Source: Limnobacter sp. CACIAM 66H1 (lineage in GTDB: Bacteria > Pseudomonadota > Gammaproteobacteria > Burkholderiales > Burkholderiaceae_B). Taken from it: a stretch of 64,000 nucleotides of DNA. This document shows positions 18,515 to 28,742 of the stretch, in pieces. Made by a program: the position numbers and the translations under genes. Where the stretch lies: NCBI RefSeq assembly GCF_001601825.1, contig NZ_LUJK01000007.1:4261-68260 (forward strand), in the 5' to 3' direction. Position 1 is the first letter of the stretch, and each line of letters begins with the position of its first letter. The notes beneath the pieces were generated by a model that was given only the letters and a program-made list of their open reading frames with translations, had not been told where the DNA came from and did no database searches.

Positions 18515-19492
18515 GTGAAGAAATCGATTAAATCCGTATTGGCAGTTGCCCTGTTGGGCTTGATGGGTACCGTGCAAGCCCAGGATGCTTACCCATCCAA
18601 AGTCATCACCATGCTGATTCCATTTGCAGCCGGTGGCCCAACTGACACGGTGGGTCGTTTGATTGCGCAGTCCATGTCCAAAGACCTGGGTCAACAGGTG
18701 ATTGTTGAAAACCTGGGGGGGGCAGGTGGCACCTTGGCGGCTGGCAAGGCCGCCCGTTCCGCGCCCGATGGCTACAATATTTTCCTGCACCACATTGGCC
18801 AGTCCACTGCACCTTCGCTCTACCGCAAACTGTCTTACAACGCTTCCACTGACTTCGAAACCATCGGCTTGGTCACAGACGTGCCCATGACGATTGTGGC
18901 CCGTGCCAACATGCCTGCGAAAAACATGCAGGAATTGCTGGCCTACATCAAAGCCAACAAAGACAAAGTGACTTACGCAAACGCGGGCATTGGTTCTGCT
19001 TCACACCTGTGCGGCATGTTGTTCCAAACCGCTGTGGGTGTAGACCTTACGACGGTTCCTTACAAAGGCACCGGCCCAGCCATGAATGATTTGTTGGGCG
19101 GGCAGGTCGACTTCATGTGTGACCAAACCACCAACACCACCAGCCAGATCAAAGGCGGAAAAATCAAGGCCTATGCCGTGACCACCAAGAAACCAGTGGC
19201 TTCTTTGCCTGATCTGCCAACCCTGGACAAGGCTGGCTTGCCTGGTTTTGAAGTGGGCGTGTGGCACGGTTTGTATGCCCCCAAAGGCACACCCAAACCC
19301 ATCATTGATCGCCTGAGCAAGTCTTTGCAAACCGCTTTGAAAGATCCCGCAGTGATTTCTCGTTTTGCTGAATTGGGCACCGAGCCAGTGCCTCAAGACC
19401 AAGCCACACCCGCTGCCTTGCGCAAGCATCTGGATGCTGAAATTGCACGCTGGAAGCCGATCATCGACAAAGCCGGTCAGTACGCTGACTGA
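18515..19492 (+). CDS. tctC: Tripartite tricarboxylate transporter substrate-binding protein (TctC/Bug)
   Basis: Signal peptide; motifs PFAAGGPTD, VENLGGAGG, YANAGIGSASHL, VPYKGTGPA and WHGLYAPKGTP. Confidence 0.93.
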   Translation: MKKSIKSVLAVALLGLMGTVQAQDAYPSKVITMLIPFAAGGPTDTVGRLIAQSMSKDLGQQVIVENLGGAGGTLAAGKAARSAPDGYNIFLHHIGQSTAPSLYRKLSYNASTDFETIGLVTDVPMTIVARANMPAKNMQELLAYIKANKDKVTYANAGIGSASHLCGMLFQTAVGVDLTTVPYKGTGPAMNDLLGGQVDFMCDQTTNTTSQIKGGKIKAYAVTTKKPVASLPDLPTLDKAGLPGFEVGVWHGLYAPKGTPKPIIDRLSKSLQTALKDPAVISRFAELGTEPVPQDQATPAALRKHLDAEIARWKPIIDKAGQYAD

Positions 19493-19510
19493 TCTATCTG
19501 AGAACTTAAA

Positions 19511-19963
19511 ATGCCAAAAGATTTAAGAGACTTTTGGGCTGGGCTGCTGTACCTGATTATCGGTACGGCAGCTTTGTATATGGCTGCCGACTATGAAATG
19601 GGCACAGCCATCAGCATGGGCCCCGGCTATTTCCCCAAAGTATTGAGTGGTTTGCTTATCTTGATCGGTGCTGCCTCACTGATTCGCTCCTTCATTGTTG
19701 AAGGCGAACCGTTGAAAGGCTTTGCCTTCTCGAAAATCCTGTACGTCACCATTTCCATCATCGTTTTTGCGCTGTTGGTGGAAGGTGCTGGTCTTGCAAT
19801 TGCAGTCATGGCAGTGTTCGGTGTTTCTGCAATGGCCAGTAAATTTTTCAATTGGAAGTTCACCCTGGGTATTGCTCTAGGCGCCGCTATTTTTTGTAGC
19901 TTGGTATTCGTCAAGGGCTTGGGTATTCCGCTGCCCATTTTTGGGTCTTGGTTTGGAATGTAA
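19511..19963 (+). CDS. tctB: Tripartite tricarboxylate transporter small permease TctB
   Basis: Four TM segments, MGPGYFP motif, and position between tctC and tctA. Confidence 0.9.
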   Translation: MPKDLRDFWAGLLYLIIGTAALYMAADYEMGTAISMGPGYFPKVLSGLLILIGAASLIRSFIVEGEPLKGFAFSKILYVTISIIVFALLVEGAGLAIAVMAVFGVSAMASKFFNWKFTLGIALGAAIFCSLVFVKGLGIPLPIFGSWFGM

Positions 19964-19965
19964 AC

Positions 19966-21468
19966 ATGGAACTTCTAGCTAATCTTTCAATTGGTCTTGA
20001 AACCGCCTTCACGATCAATAACCTTTTGTTCTGTCTGATTGGTGTTTTTCTAGGCACTGCAATTGGTGTGCTACCGGGCCTCGGTCCAACAGCAACCATA
20101 GCCATGCTGCTGCCAATCACTTTTGGCTTGCCACCCGTGTCCTCGCTGATCATGTTGTCCGGTATTTATTACGGTGCGCAATATGGCGGTTCGACCACAG
20201 CCATTCTCGTCAACTTGCCAGGTGAATCTTCCTCGGTGGTGACTGCGCTCGATGGCTATCAAATGGCTCGTCAAGGCAAAGCGGGCAAGGCTCTGGCCAC
20301 TGCAGCAATTGGGTCTTTCGTGGCGGGCACTTTCGCAACCGTGTTGCTGGCCTTGTTCGCACCCCCCTTGGCAGATATCGCATTGCAGTTTGGTGCAGCC
20401 GAATATTTCTCGTTGATGGTGGTTGGTTTGGTTGCCTCCGTGGTCTTGGCCAGTGGTTCTCTGTTGCAGGCATTCGGCATGATTGTGCTGGGTTTGCTCA
20501 TGGGCATGGCAGGCACTGATGTCAATTCGGGCATGGAGCGCTACACCTTCGACACACCCTACATGGCCGAGGGCGTTAACTTTGTGATTCTGGCCATGGG
20601 CATGTTTGGTTTGGGTGAAATCATCAAGAACCTCGAAGAAGAACACCTGCGCTCTACCATGGTGTCTAAAGTTCAGGGTTTGTTGCCGAACAAGGACGAT
20701 CTCAAGCGCATGGCTTGGCCAATTGTTCGTGGTACTGGTTTGGGTTCTCTGCTGGGTATTTTGCCAGGCGGCGGTGCCATGCTGGCTTCGTTTGCTTCTT
20801 ATTCCATCGAGAAAAAAATCTCGAAAACACCCGAGCAGTTTGGCAAGGGGGCAATCGAAGGTGTTGCGGGTCCGGAGTCAGCCAACAACGCCGGGGCGCA
20901 AACGTCATTTATTCCTTTGCTAACCTTGGGTATACCCTCCAATCCAGTCATGGCTTTGATGATTGGTGCCATGATCATTCAGGGTATTACCCCTGGCCCA
21001 GCCGTCATGACCGAGCAGCCCGCGCTGTTCTGGGGCATTATCGTGTCCATGTGGATCGGCAATCTGTTCCTCGTGATTCTAAACCTGCCCTTGATTGGTA
21101 TCTGGGTCAAAATGATCTCGGTTCCTTATCACTTCCTGTACCCCATGATTCTTGTGTTCTGCTGTATCGGGGTGTTCAGTTTGGGCAACAAGCTGTTCGA
21201 TGTGTACTTGTTGGCCGGTTTCGGTGTACTGGGCTACATCTTCTCTAAACTGAAGTGTGAGCCGGCGCCTTTGCTATTGGGCTTTATTTTGGGGCCGATG
21301 ATGGAAGAGTACCTGCGCAGGGCTTTGTTGCTCTCGCGTGGCGACTTCTCCGTGTTGGTCACCCGCCCGATCAGTGCTACCATGCTGGCCATCGCCGCCA
21401 TCGCTCTGATCGTGGTGTTTATGCCCTCCATTCGCAAGAAGCGGGAAGAGGCATTCCACGAGGAATGA
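19966..21468 (+). CDS. tctA: Tripartite tricarboxylate transporter large permease TctA
   Basis: Motifs [33 protein letters not shown] and LTLGIP. Confidence 0.95.
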   Translation: MELLANLSIGLETAFTINNLLFCLIGVFLGTAIGVLPGLGPTATIAMLLPITFGLPPVSSLIMLSGIYYGAQYGGSTTAILVNLPGESSSVVTALDGYQMARQGKAGKALATAAIGSFVAGTFATVLLALFAPPLADIALQFGAAEYFSLMVVGLVASVVLASGSLLQAFGMIVLGLLMGMAGTDVNSGMERYTFDTPYMAEGVNFVILAMGMFGLGEIIKNLEEEHLRSTMVSKVQGLLPNKDDLKRMAWPIVRGTGLGSLLGILPGGGAMLASFASYSIEKKISKTPEQFGKGAIEGVAGPESANNAGAQTSFIPLLTLGIPSNPVMALMIGAMIIQGITPGPAVMTEQPALFWGIIVSMWIGNLFLVILNLPLIGIWVKMISVPYHFLYPMILVFCCIGVFSLGNKLFDVYLLAGFGVLGYIFSKLKCEPAPLLLGFILGPMMEEYLRRALLLSRGDFSVLVTRPISATMLAIAAIALIVVFMPSIRKKREEAFHEE

Positions 21469-21490
21469 GCTTGAGATAGGTACTCGGTGT

Positions 21491-21533
21491 CAAGGGCCAG
21501 TGAAGCGTTGTTTCACTGGCCCTTGTTACTTTC
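21491..21533 (+). terminator. Rho-independent terminator after tctA
   Basis: Perfect 14-bp stem CAAGGGCCAGTGAA-N7-TTCACTGGCCCTTG followed by TTACTTT. Confidence 0.8.
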
Positions 21534-21612
21534 AAACACGCATCGAGTATGAATTGTGTTGCATTGTGTTGTATTATCCCTGTCGTAGCCCAGTAGCATT
21601 TGGACAGTACGA

Positions 21613-22488
21613 ATGGACAGCCAGTTTCCCGCCGCATCTCCAGAAGAGTCGAACTTCGGTGACAGCAAATTAGATCCGAATCAAGTCGTTCCCCTTTACC
21701 ACCAAATCTATCTGATATTGCGCGAGCGTATTATCGAAGGGCACTACGACACCAAGCCTTTGCCCGGTGAGTTGGTCTTGGCTGAGCAGTTCAATGTGTC
21801 ACGCGTCACCATGCGTCGTGCGCTGCAAGACCTGGTCAAAGAAGGGTTGGTTGCCCGGGGCCGAGGCAAAGGCACATTTGTAAAGCCACGCACGGAGTCT
21901 CGAAATTCTTCGGTGGGTCAAAGTCAGTTGCTAAGTGCCTCAGCCATGCGCTTACAGGCCAGTGGCGATTCTTCAGATCTCCAATTGATCACTTCCAAGC
22001 GTATTTTACCGCCCCCCGACATCGCGACACTGTTGCATTTGCCCAGCGATGCCATCGTTGAGAAACTGATCCGAATCCGTCAACTAGATGGTCAGCCTGT
22101 GGCGCACCTAACCAGTTTTATTCCTCAGGATTTGTCCGGGCGCATTTGTCGCCGGCGTCTTCGCGAGTTTCCAATTCTGGTGCTGCTCGAGGAAGCAGGG
22201 GTGAAGGTGGCCAAAGCCCGCCAAACCATTTCTGCACGGTTGGCTGACGCCTCGGTAGCGTATGCCTTGGGCGTGCCGGTGGGTGCACCGTTACTGGCCA
22301 TTTCACGGGTGGCTTACGACGAAAATGGCAGGCCTGTGCAGGTACTGAAAGGTCTTTACCGACCTGATCGATACGACTATCGGATCGAACTGTCGAGAAA
22401 ACAGGCCAAGGGTCAAAGTTCCTGGCAGCATGTGAACGAGGTCGAGTTTGCATTCGAAATGCATCAACAAGACCTCACGCACTTCTGA
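21613..22488 (+). CDS. GntR-family regulator, HutC/UTRA subfamily
   Basis: wHTH PLYHQIY...LPGELVLAEQFNVSRVTMRRAL; UTRA domain ending in YRPDRY. Confidence 0.92.
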   Translation: MDSQFPAASPEESNFGDSKLDPNQVVPLYHQIYLILRERIIEGHYDTKPLPGELVLAEQFNVSRVTMRRALQDLVKEGLVARGRGKGTFVKPRTESRNSSVGQSQLLSASAMRLQASGDSSDLQLITSKRILPPPDIATLLHLPSDAIVEKLIRIRQLDGQPVAHLTSFIPQDLSGRICRRRLREFPILVLLEEAGVKVAKARQTISARLADASVAYALGVPVGAPLLAISRVAYDENGRPVQVLKGLYRPDRYDYRIELSRKQAKGQSSWQHVNEVEFAFEMHQQDLTHF

Positions 22489-22498
22489 ACCGAGTGCC

Positions 22499-22903
22499 CT
22501 ATTTGAGTGGGTCCACCGGGCGGGAATTCCTGTTCTCGTCCACAGCCACATAGGTCACATAGGCCTCGGTTACTTTGGCCACATCGTCGGGTTTCAAGCG
22601 ACGTTGCGCGAATACCTCCACATAAATTTGCATCGAGGTTCGGCCTACCTTCACCACTTCAGCATAAAAGCTGCACAAATCACCTACAAACACGGGTTCC
22701 TTGAAAATAAACTCGTTCACTGCCACGGTCACAATTCTGCCTTTGGCGTGGGCTGTCGCTGGTACCGAACCAGCCAGGTCCACCTGCGCCATAATCCAGC
22801 CGCCAAAAACGTCGCCTGAAGCATTGGAGTCTTTGGGCATGGGAATCACCCGAATCACAGGTTCACGGTCGACTGGCAATAAAATTGGTTTGGGTGTGCT
22901 CAT
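22499..22903 (-). CDS. Acyl-CoA thioesterase (YciA-like hot-dog fold)
   Basis: Motifs PMPKDSNASGDVFGGWIMAQVD, VTVAV and FKEPVFVGD. Confidence 0.93.
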   Translation of the reverse strand: MSTPKPILLPVDREPVIRVIPMPKDSNASGDVFGGWIMAQVDLAGSVPATAHAKGRIVTVAVNEFIFKEPVFVGDLCSFYAEVVKVGRTSMQIYVEVFAQRRLKPDDVAKVTEAYVTYVAVDENRNSRPVDPLK

Positions 22904-23048
22904 GTGCAGGTGCTTTGTTGTTGGTTTGGCTTTCGATTGTAAACCCGGGCGCCTAGAGTCTGCATTTCATTCTAGGTGCACACTACCAACCCGATCTCAC
23001 GAAACCGACGATAATGGCGTTTTGTCGGGTCCATAAGTTGAGGAAGCA

Positions 23049-23450
23049 ATGGCTGCAGGTTGGGTAACGGTGTTGCAAATGGTGCCATGGGGCGAGGTGA
23101 TTAAAAATGCGCCCAAAGTGGCCGATGGTGCGGTCAAGCTGTGGAACAGCGTGTCCAAAAAGCGGGTGGATGGTGAAACCGAGAGCGACGTGACCGATGT
23201 GATGTTGGCCACGGACATGGCCGCCGTCGAAAAGCTGGAACATCGCCTGCATGCGGCTGAGCAAACGATCACCGATTTGCAGGCTCAAGTGGTTCAATCT
23301 GCGGAGGTCATCAAAGAGTTGGCCAGTCAAAACACGCAACTGGTTGCACAAATCGAATCCAATCGCAAAGCCGTTACTGTGTTGGGCGTTGTTTTGGCCT
23401 TGAGCGTATTGGCGGTGGTGGTTCAAGCGGTCATGTTGTTTGGCGCCTGA
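23049..23450 (+). CDS. Hypothetical protein with a coiled coil and C-terminal membrane anchor
   Basis: GAGGAAG RBS, heptad-like region LEHRLHAAEQTITDLQAQV...LASQNTQL, and a hydrophobic C-terminus. Confidence 0.75.
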   Translation: MAAGWVTVLQMVPWGEVIKNAPKVADGAVKLWNSVSKKRVDGETESDVTDVMLATDMAAVEKLEHRLHAAEQTITDLQAQVVQSAEVIKELASQNTQLVAQIESNRKAVTVLGVVLALSVLAVVVQAVMLFGA

Positions 23451-23469
23451 ACCGAGGTATAGGTTGCGT

Positions 23470-24288
23470 TCAGGCTGACTTTCTGCCGCCGTGTTCATCG
23501 TCCAAGGCATCTTTGGCCATTTTGTCGATCACGGCTGGCACAAACGGTTTCAGCTTCAGGCCCAAGCGCCCTTTGGCTGTCATTACCCATTCTCGCTTGC
23601 GTTCGGCCATGGCATCCACGATTTCGTTCACACACTGCTCAACCGTCATGGCACCTTTCTCGCGAAGGCCTGAAACACCAGCGCGCTCGCCATTCGGGTT
23701 CAAACCGTTGCGGCGAATTTCCGTATCCACCACACCCGGGAAAATTGCGCACACGTCCACACCTGTGCCCATCAATTCAATGCGCAGTGCTTCCATAAAA
23801 CCACTCATTGCAAATTTGCTGGTGCAATAGGTGGTGCGGGCGGGCACACCCGTTTTGCCAGCCAGGCTGGAAACGCCCACGATCAAGCCTTTGGATTTCT
23901 TGATGTGGGGCAGTGCCTTGTGGGTAATCCAAACCATGCTCATCACATTGACGCGGAACAGTCTCTCAAAGGTACCCAAGTCGGTGATGTCTTCAAACCA
24001 CGCATGCATCGAGACGCCCGCATTATTCACAATCATGTCAATACCGCCAAAGGCTTTCACTGATTCTTCCACCAGGTTCTCGCATTGGGCCTGTTCCATC
24101 ACGTCACAGGCCACACAGTGGACCTGCCCACCAGCCGCCACCACCTGTTTGCCGACCTCTTGAAGTTTTTCGAGTCGGCGTGCCGCCAGCACCAGTTTGT
24201 TGCCTTGGGCCAGTTTGATGGCCAATGCCGCACCAATACCTTCTGAAGCCCCGGTGATTACAATCACTTTGTTTTGAATACTTGCCAT
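23470..24288 (-). CDS. Short-chain dehydrogenase/reductase (SDR)
   Basis: Motifs TGASEGIG, NNAG and catalytic YCTSK. The start is placed at MASIQNK, behind an AGGAG RBS, rather than at the longer ORF-track start. Confidence 0.92.
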   Translation of the reverse strand: MASIQNKVIVITGASEGIGAALAIKLAQGNKLVLAARRLEKLQEVGKQVVAAGGQVHCVACDVMEQAQCENLVEESVKAFGGIDMIVNNAGVSMHAWFEDITDLGTFERLFRVNVMSMVWITHKALPHIKKSKGLIVGVSSLAGKTGVPARTTYCTSKFAMSGFMEALRIELMGTGVDVCAIFPGVVDTEIRRNGLNPNGERAGVSGLREKGAMTVEQCVNEIVDAMAERKREWVMTAKGRLGLKLKPFVPAVIDKMAKDALDDEHGGRKSA

Positions 24289-24379
24289 TTGCTTTTGTCT
24301 CCTGCTGAGTGTGTGGCTCGTGTGCCGAGGCGAGTGGTAGCATTGCCAATCACCTCTTTTTTGTACCGAGAAGTATCGC

Positions 24380-26218
24380 ATGCGCAGAACCGCACCGGTG
24401 GAGTCCGCCCCACCAAGACCCCGAAAACGAAGCGACTGGGGCACCATCGCCCAGCTTTTGCCTTATCTGTGGGAATACAAGTGGCGGGTTATTTTCGCCA
24501 TTGCCTGTTTGGTGCTCGCCAAAGTCGCCAACATGGGCGTGCCTCTGGTGCTCAAGGAAATCATCGATGAGCTGACGCCGCTTTTGCAGAGCAATGCCTT
24601 GCTGGCCGCAGCCTCCATGCCGGCAGTGTTGTTGGTGGCTTACGGTTTGTTGCGCCTGTCTACCACGGTCTTCACCGAGCTGCGAGAATTCCTGTTTGCC
24701 CGGGTCACCCAGAATGCAGTGCGGGCCATTGCCATTCAGGTGTTTGATTACCTGCATGCGCTGTCGCTGCGGTTTCATTTGAATCGTCAAACCGGAGGGG
24801 TGACCCGCGACATCGAGCGTGGATCCCGAGCCATTTCAAGCCTGGTGAGCTACACGCTGTACAGCATCCTGCCAACACTGATCGAGATCGTACTGGTAGT
24901 GGGCTATTTGTTCCTCAACTACGACATCTGGTTCTCGGTCATCACGGCGGTGGCACTGACCTTGTACATTTTCTTCACCGTAAAAATCACGGAATGGCGA
25001 CTGCATTTTCGCCGCACCATGAACGACCTGGATTCCAAAGCCAATGTGCGTGCAGTCGACTCGCTGATCAACTATGAAACCGTGAAGTATTTCGGCAACG
25101 AGCGTTTTGAGTCCGATCGGTACAACAAAAGCATGGCCGCCTGGCAAGAGGCTGCCATTCGCTCGCAAAAATCCCTCACTCTTTTGAATACCGGGCAAAG
25201 TGCGATCATCGCCGTGGCGGTGACTTTGGTGTTGTGGCGTGCAACCGCTGGTGTGCTGGACGGGTCAATGACTTTGGGTGATTTGGTGCTGGTGAACGCC
25301 TTCATGATTCAGCTGTATATTCCTCTGAATTTTTTGGGTGTCATTTACCGGGAAATCAAGCAGGCTTTGGCTGATATCGAACGAATGTTTGGCCTGATGG
25401 ATGAAAACCTGGAAGTCAAAGACAGGCCACATGCTCCTGATCTGCAGGTAAAAGGAGGTGCCATAGAATTTCGCAACGTGAACTTTGCGTATGACGAACG
25501 CCGCATGGTGCTGAAGAACATGTCGTTCTCGGTGCCCGCAGGCCATACCGTGGCGGTGGTAGGCCACAGCGGTGCGGGTAAATCTACGTTGTCGCGCTTG
25601 CTGTACCGCTTCTATGAGGTCACGGATGGCGCCATTCTCATTGATGGGCAAGACATTCGGGACGTCACACAGATTTCATTGAGGAGAAGCATTGGCATTG
25701 TTCCTCAAGACACTGTGCTATTTAACGACACCATTGCTTACAACATTGCCTACGGTCGGCCCGATGCCACACAGGCTGAAATTGAAGCTGCCGCCAAGGC
25801 TGCCCACATTCACGAATTTATCGTGAATCAGCCCGATGGTTACAAAACACAGGTGGGTGAGCGTGGGCTCAAGCTTTCAGGTGGAGAGAAGCAACGCGTG
25901 GCCATTGCCCGCACCATCTTGAAAAATCCGGCGATTCTTATTTTCGACGAGGCCACTTCAGCGCTGGATTCCAAATCAGAACGCGCCATTCAGCAAGAGC
26001 TGCAAATGCTGTCCCGCAACCGCACTACCTTGATCATTGCCCACCGTTTAAGCACGGTGGTGCATGCTCACCAAATTCTGGTGATTAGTCAGGGTGAGGT
26101 GATCGAAAGTGGCAGCCATGAATCACTACTTGACAAGAATGGTGAATACGCCCGAATGTGGCTGATTCAACAGCACAGTCAACCCAACGCGTCTGCCCAT
26201 GGAAACCAAATGGCTTGA
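24380..26218 (+). CDS. ABC half-transporter, Atm1/ABCB7-like (TMD plus NBD)
   Basis: TMD motifs RQTGGVTRDIERG, DSLINYETVKYF and QLYIPLNFLG. Walker A GHSGAGKS, signature LSGGEKQR, Walker B ILIFDE. Confidence 0.93.
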   Translation: MRRTAPVESAPPRPRKRSDWGTIAQLLPYLWEYKWRVIFAIACLVLAKVANMGVPLVLKEIIDELTPLLQSNALLAAASMPAVLLVAYGLLRLSTTVFTELREFLFARVTQNAVRAIAIQVFDYLHALSLRFHLNRQTGGVTRDIERGSRAISSLVSYTLYSILPTLIEIVLVVGYLFLNYDIWFSVITAVALTLYIFFTVKITEWRLHFRRTMNDLDSKANVRAVDSLINYETVKYFGNERFESDRYNKSMAAWQEAAIRSQKSLTLLNTGQSAIIAVAVTLVLWRATAGVLDGSMTLGDLVLVNAFMIQLYIPLNFLGVIYREIKQALADIERMFGLMDENLEVKDRPHAPDLQVKGGAIEFRNVNFAYDERRMVLKNMSFSVPAGHTVAVVGHSGAGKSTLSRLLYRFYEVTDGAILIDGQDIRDVTQISLRRSIGIVPQDTVLFNDTIAYNIAYGRPDATQAEIEAAAKAAHIHEFIVNQPDGYKTQVGERGLKLSGGEKQRVAIARTILKNPAILIFDEATSALDSKSERAIQQELQMLSRNRTTLIIAHRLSTVVHAHQILVISQGEVIESGSHESLLDKNGEYARMWLIQQHSQPNASAHGNQMA

Positions 26219-27110
26219 AGATTTCATCACGCTGGCCCAAACCAAGAATTTTTCGAAAGCGGCCAACCTGAGGTGCGTCACGCAGCCCGCTTTCTCACGC
26301 CGTATTCAGGCGCTTGAGGGTTGGCTGGGCTGCGAGTTGATCGACCGGGGATCTTACCCCACGCGACTGAGCCCGCAAGGTGAGGTGTTTTACGAACAGG
26401 CGCTCACCATGCTGGAGCAAATCCGGCAGGCCCGAACGATTGTTCGGGGCGGCAGCCTGCAAAGCCGCCAACCCATCCGATTGGTGGTGCCGCACACCTT
26501 GGCCTGCAGCAAGGCGCCGCATTGGGTCAGCAGTTTGAAAGCCAAGCTTGCTGACCGTTTGCCCGATCTGAGTTTTCAGCTAACGGCCAGCAACGTGCAC
26601 GATGCCGTGTTGTACTTCACTGACGGTGCAAGTGATTTTCTGATTTGCTACCACCACAGCCGAGAGCCCATTGAACTCGACCCCAGCAAGTTTGAAGTTC
26701 GAGTGTTGGGCACGGAACGGTTTGAGCCATACAGCGCCATGACCGTTGAGGGCAACCCGGTCTATTCGCTGGACCCATTGGCGCCTTTGCCCGTGCCCTA
26801 TCTGTCGTATTCCAAACATGCTTATCTGTCGAAGATGACCGACATCGCGATGGAAGCAGGCCCACTCTTTTTGAAAAAATCACTGTTCGAAACGGACATG
26901 TCTGAAAGTTTGAAATCGATGTGTGAAGCGGGCTTGGGTGTGGCCTGGTTACCCGAAAGCGCGGTGCTGCCCGGGTCCGGCCTTTGCAAAATTCGAGGGC
27001 CCTATTTCACTGACATGGAGGTTCGCTTGTATCGGCGCATACAGCGTCATACCGAGAATTCTGCCGCGCATGAGCAGGCGGATTTAATCTGGCATTACTG
27101 GCCTGACTAA
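26199..27110 (+). CDS. LysR-family regulator (HypT/YjiE-like N-terminus), probable aspA regulator
   Basis: METKWLEDF...NFSKAA...VTQPAFSRRIQALE HTH; directly upstream of aspA. Confidence 0.9.
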   Translation: METKWLEDFITLAQTKNFSKAANLRCVTQPAFSRRIQALEGWLGCELIDRGSYPTRLSPQGEVFYEQALTMLEQIRQARTIVRGGSLQSRQPIRLVVPHTLACSKAPHWVSSLKAKLADRLPDLSFQLTASNVHDAVLYFTDGASDFLICYHHSREPIELDPSKFEVRVLGTERFEPYSAMTVEGNPVYSLDPLAPLPVPYLSYSKHAYLSKMTDIAMEAGPLFLKKSLFETDMSESLKSMCEAGLGVAWLPESAVLPGSGLCKIRGPYFTDMEVRLYRRIQRHTENSAAHEQADLIWHYWPD

Positions 27111-27150
27111 TCCCCCTCTGTGGATAACCCTTATTAGGGTTTCTTTGGAT

Positions 27151-27165
27151 ATGCGCGAAATGCAT
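27151..27165. promoter_or_regulatory. Candidate LysR recognition box upstream of aspA
   Basis: ATGC-N7-GCAT dyad with T-N11-A spacing, about 80 nt before the aspA start. Confidence 0.5.
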
Positions 27166-27246
27166 GGTTTAATGCTGATTAAGTATTGGAGTGCTGGCCA
27201 CTAAAGATTTAGCATGGCCCACATTCAAAATTCATCAGGGGATGAC

Positions 27247-28665
27247 ATGGTCAAGCAGCACTCAGAGCATCGCGTGGAAAAAGACCTTCTTGGTGAAAAG
27301 AAGATCCCCGCGGACGCCTACTGGGGAGTCCATACCAGTCGAGCCCTCGACAATTATCAAATTACCGGCTTTCCGCTGTACAACGCTCCCGAACTCATCA
27401 ACGCACTGGCCGCAGTCAAATGGGCCGCGACCAAAGCCAATGCCGATCTCGACACTATTTCTCACGATCTGGCCAAAGCCATTACTCAGGCGTGCAAGGA
27501 GATTCGGACCGGCAAACTTCACGATCAATTTGTGGTTGATGTAATTCAGGGTGGTGCGGGCACCTCGACCAATATGAATGCCAACGAAGTGATTGCCAAC
27601 CGCGCCATTGAAATACTGGGCGGTAAAAAGGGTGATTACAAAATGGTGCACCCGATTGAGCATGTGAACGCTTCTCAAAGCACCAACGATGTGTACCCCA
27701 CTGCTGTCAAAATCGGCCTGATCAACGCCATCTCCGGTCTGTTGGTCGCGATGGAAGAACTGAAAGAGGCCTTCGGCGAAAAAGCCTTTGAATTCCGGAA
27801 AATCCTGAAAATCGGCCGCACCCAGCTGCAGGACGCCGTGCCCATGACTTTGGGGCAAGAGTTCGCAACTTTCTCCGTCATGTTGGGTGAAGACATGGCA
27901 CGCCTGCGCGAGGCGACCAGCTTGATCTCTGAAATCAATCTGGGGGCTACTGCCATCGGTACCGGCATTAATACCGACCCGGAATATGCAGCTCGTGCCC
28001 GTCATTATCTCGAAGAAATCACCCAGCTGGGCCTTGTGACTGCAGCCGATCTCGTCGAGGCCACTCAGGATACCGGCTCTTTTGTCCAGCTCTCTGGCGT
28101 GCTCAAGCGCGTGGCCGTGAAGTTGTCCAAGATGTGCAACGATCTGCGCTTGCTGTCCTCAGGGCCCCAGGCTGGTCTGAACGAGATTAATCTGCCGCCG
28201 CGGGCTGCAGGCTCTTCCATCATGCCCGGCAAGGTGAATCCGGTGATCCCGGAAGTGGTGAACCAAGTGGCATTTGAGGTGATTGGTAACGATGTCACCG
28301 TCACCATGGCGGCCGAGGCTGGCCAACTGCAGCTGAATGCGTTCGAGCCCATCATTGCATGGAGCCTGTTCAAGAGTATTTACCACCTGACAGCCGCTTG
28401 CAAAACGTTGACGAAAAATTGCGTATTAGGGATTACCGCAAATGAGTCACTTTTGCGTCAAAGGGTCGAGGAATCAGCCAGTTTGGCCACCTCACTGAAC
28501 CCTTACATAGGCTATGATCAAGCATCTGAGATTGCAAAAACTGCATTGAAAACTGGCCGGAAGGTTTCCGAGCTTGTTCTCGAAAAAGGCTTACTTTCAG
28601 AGCAGCAGTTGAATGAAATACTCAGGCCCGAGGTTCTCACCCGTCCTCGGAGAATAAAACTTTAA
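27247..28665 (+). CDS. aspA: Aspartate ammonia-lyase
   Basis: Motifs QGGAGTSTNMNANEVIAN, GRTQLQDAVP, GSSIMPGKVNPV and GQLQLNAFEP. AGGGG RBS before ATG 27247. Confidence 0.93.
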   Translation: MVKQHSEHRVEKDLLGEKKIPADAYWGVHTSRALDNYQITGFPLYNAPELINALAAVKWAATKANADLDTISHDLAKAITQACKEIRTGKLHDQFVVDVIQGGAGTSTNMNANEVIANRAIEILGGKKGDYKMVHPIEHVNASQSTNDVYPTAVKIGLINAISGLLVAMEELKEAFGEKAFEFRKILKIGRTQLQDAVPMTLGQEFATFSVMLGEDMARLREATSLISEINLGATAIGTGINTDPEYAARARHYLEEITQLGLVTAADLVEATQDTGSFVQLSGVLKRVAVKLSKMCNDLRLLSSGPQAGLNEINLPPRAAGSSIMPGKVNPVIPEVVNQVAFEVIGNDVTVTMAAEAGQLQLNAFEPIIAWSLFKSIYHLTAACKTLTKNCVLGITANESLLRQRVEESASLATSLNPYIGYDQASEIAKTALKTGRKVSELVLEKGLLSEQQLNEILRPEVLTRPRRIKL

Positions 28666-28742
28666 TACCGTCTCGAACCTGGTTCGTATGGCGCAGGGTG
28701 TGTGCACAGTTTGTGCTTAATTTTTTCATTCAAGGAGCAAAA

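Noticed and set aside
27119-27127. Perfect DnaA box (TGTGGATAA, the reverse complement of TTATCCACA)
   Set aside because: A single 9-mer is plausible by chance in 64 kb. There is no box cluster, DUE or dnaA/gidA/parAB context, so this is not an origin.
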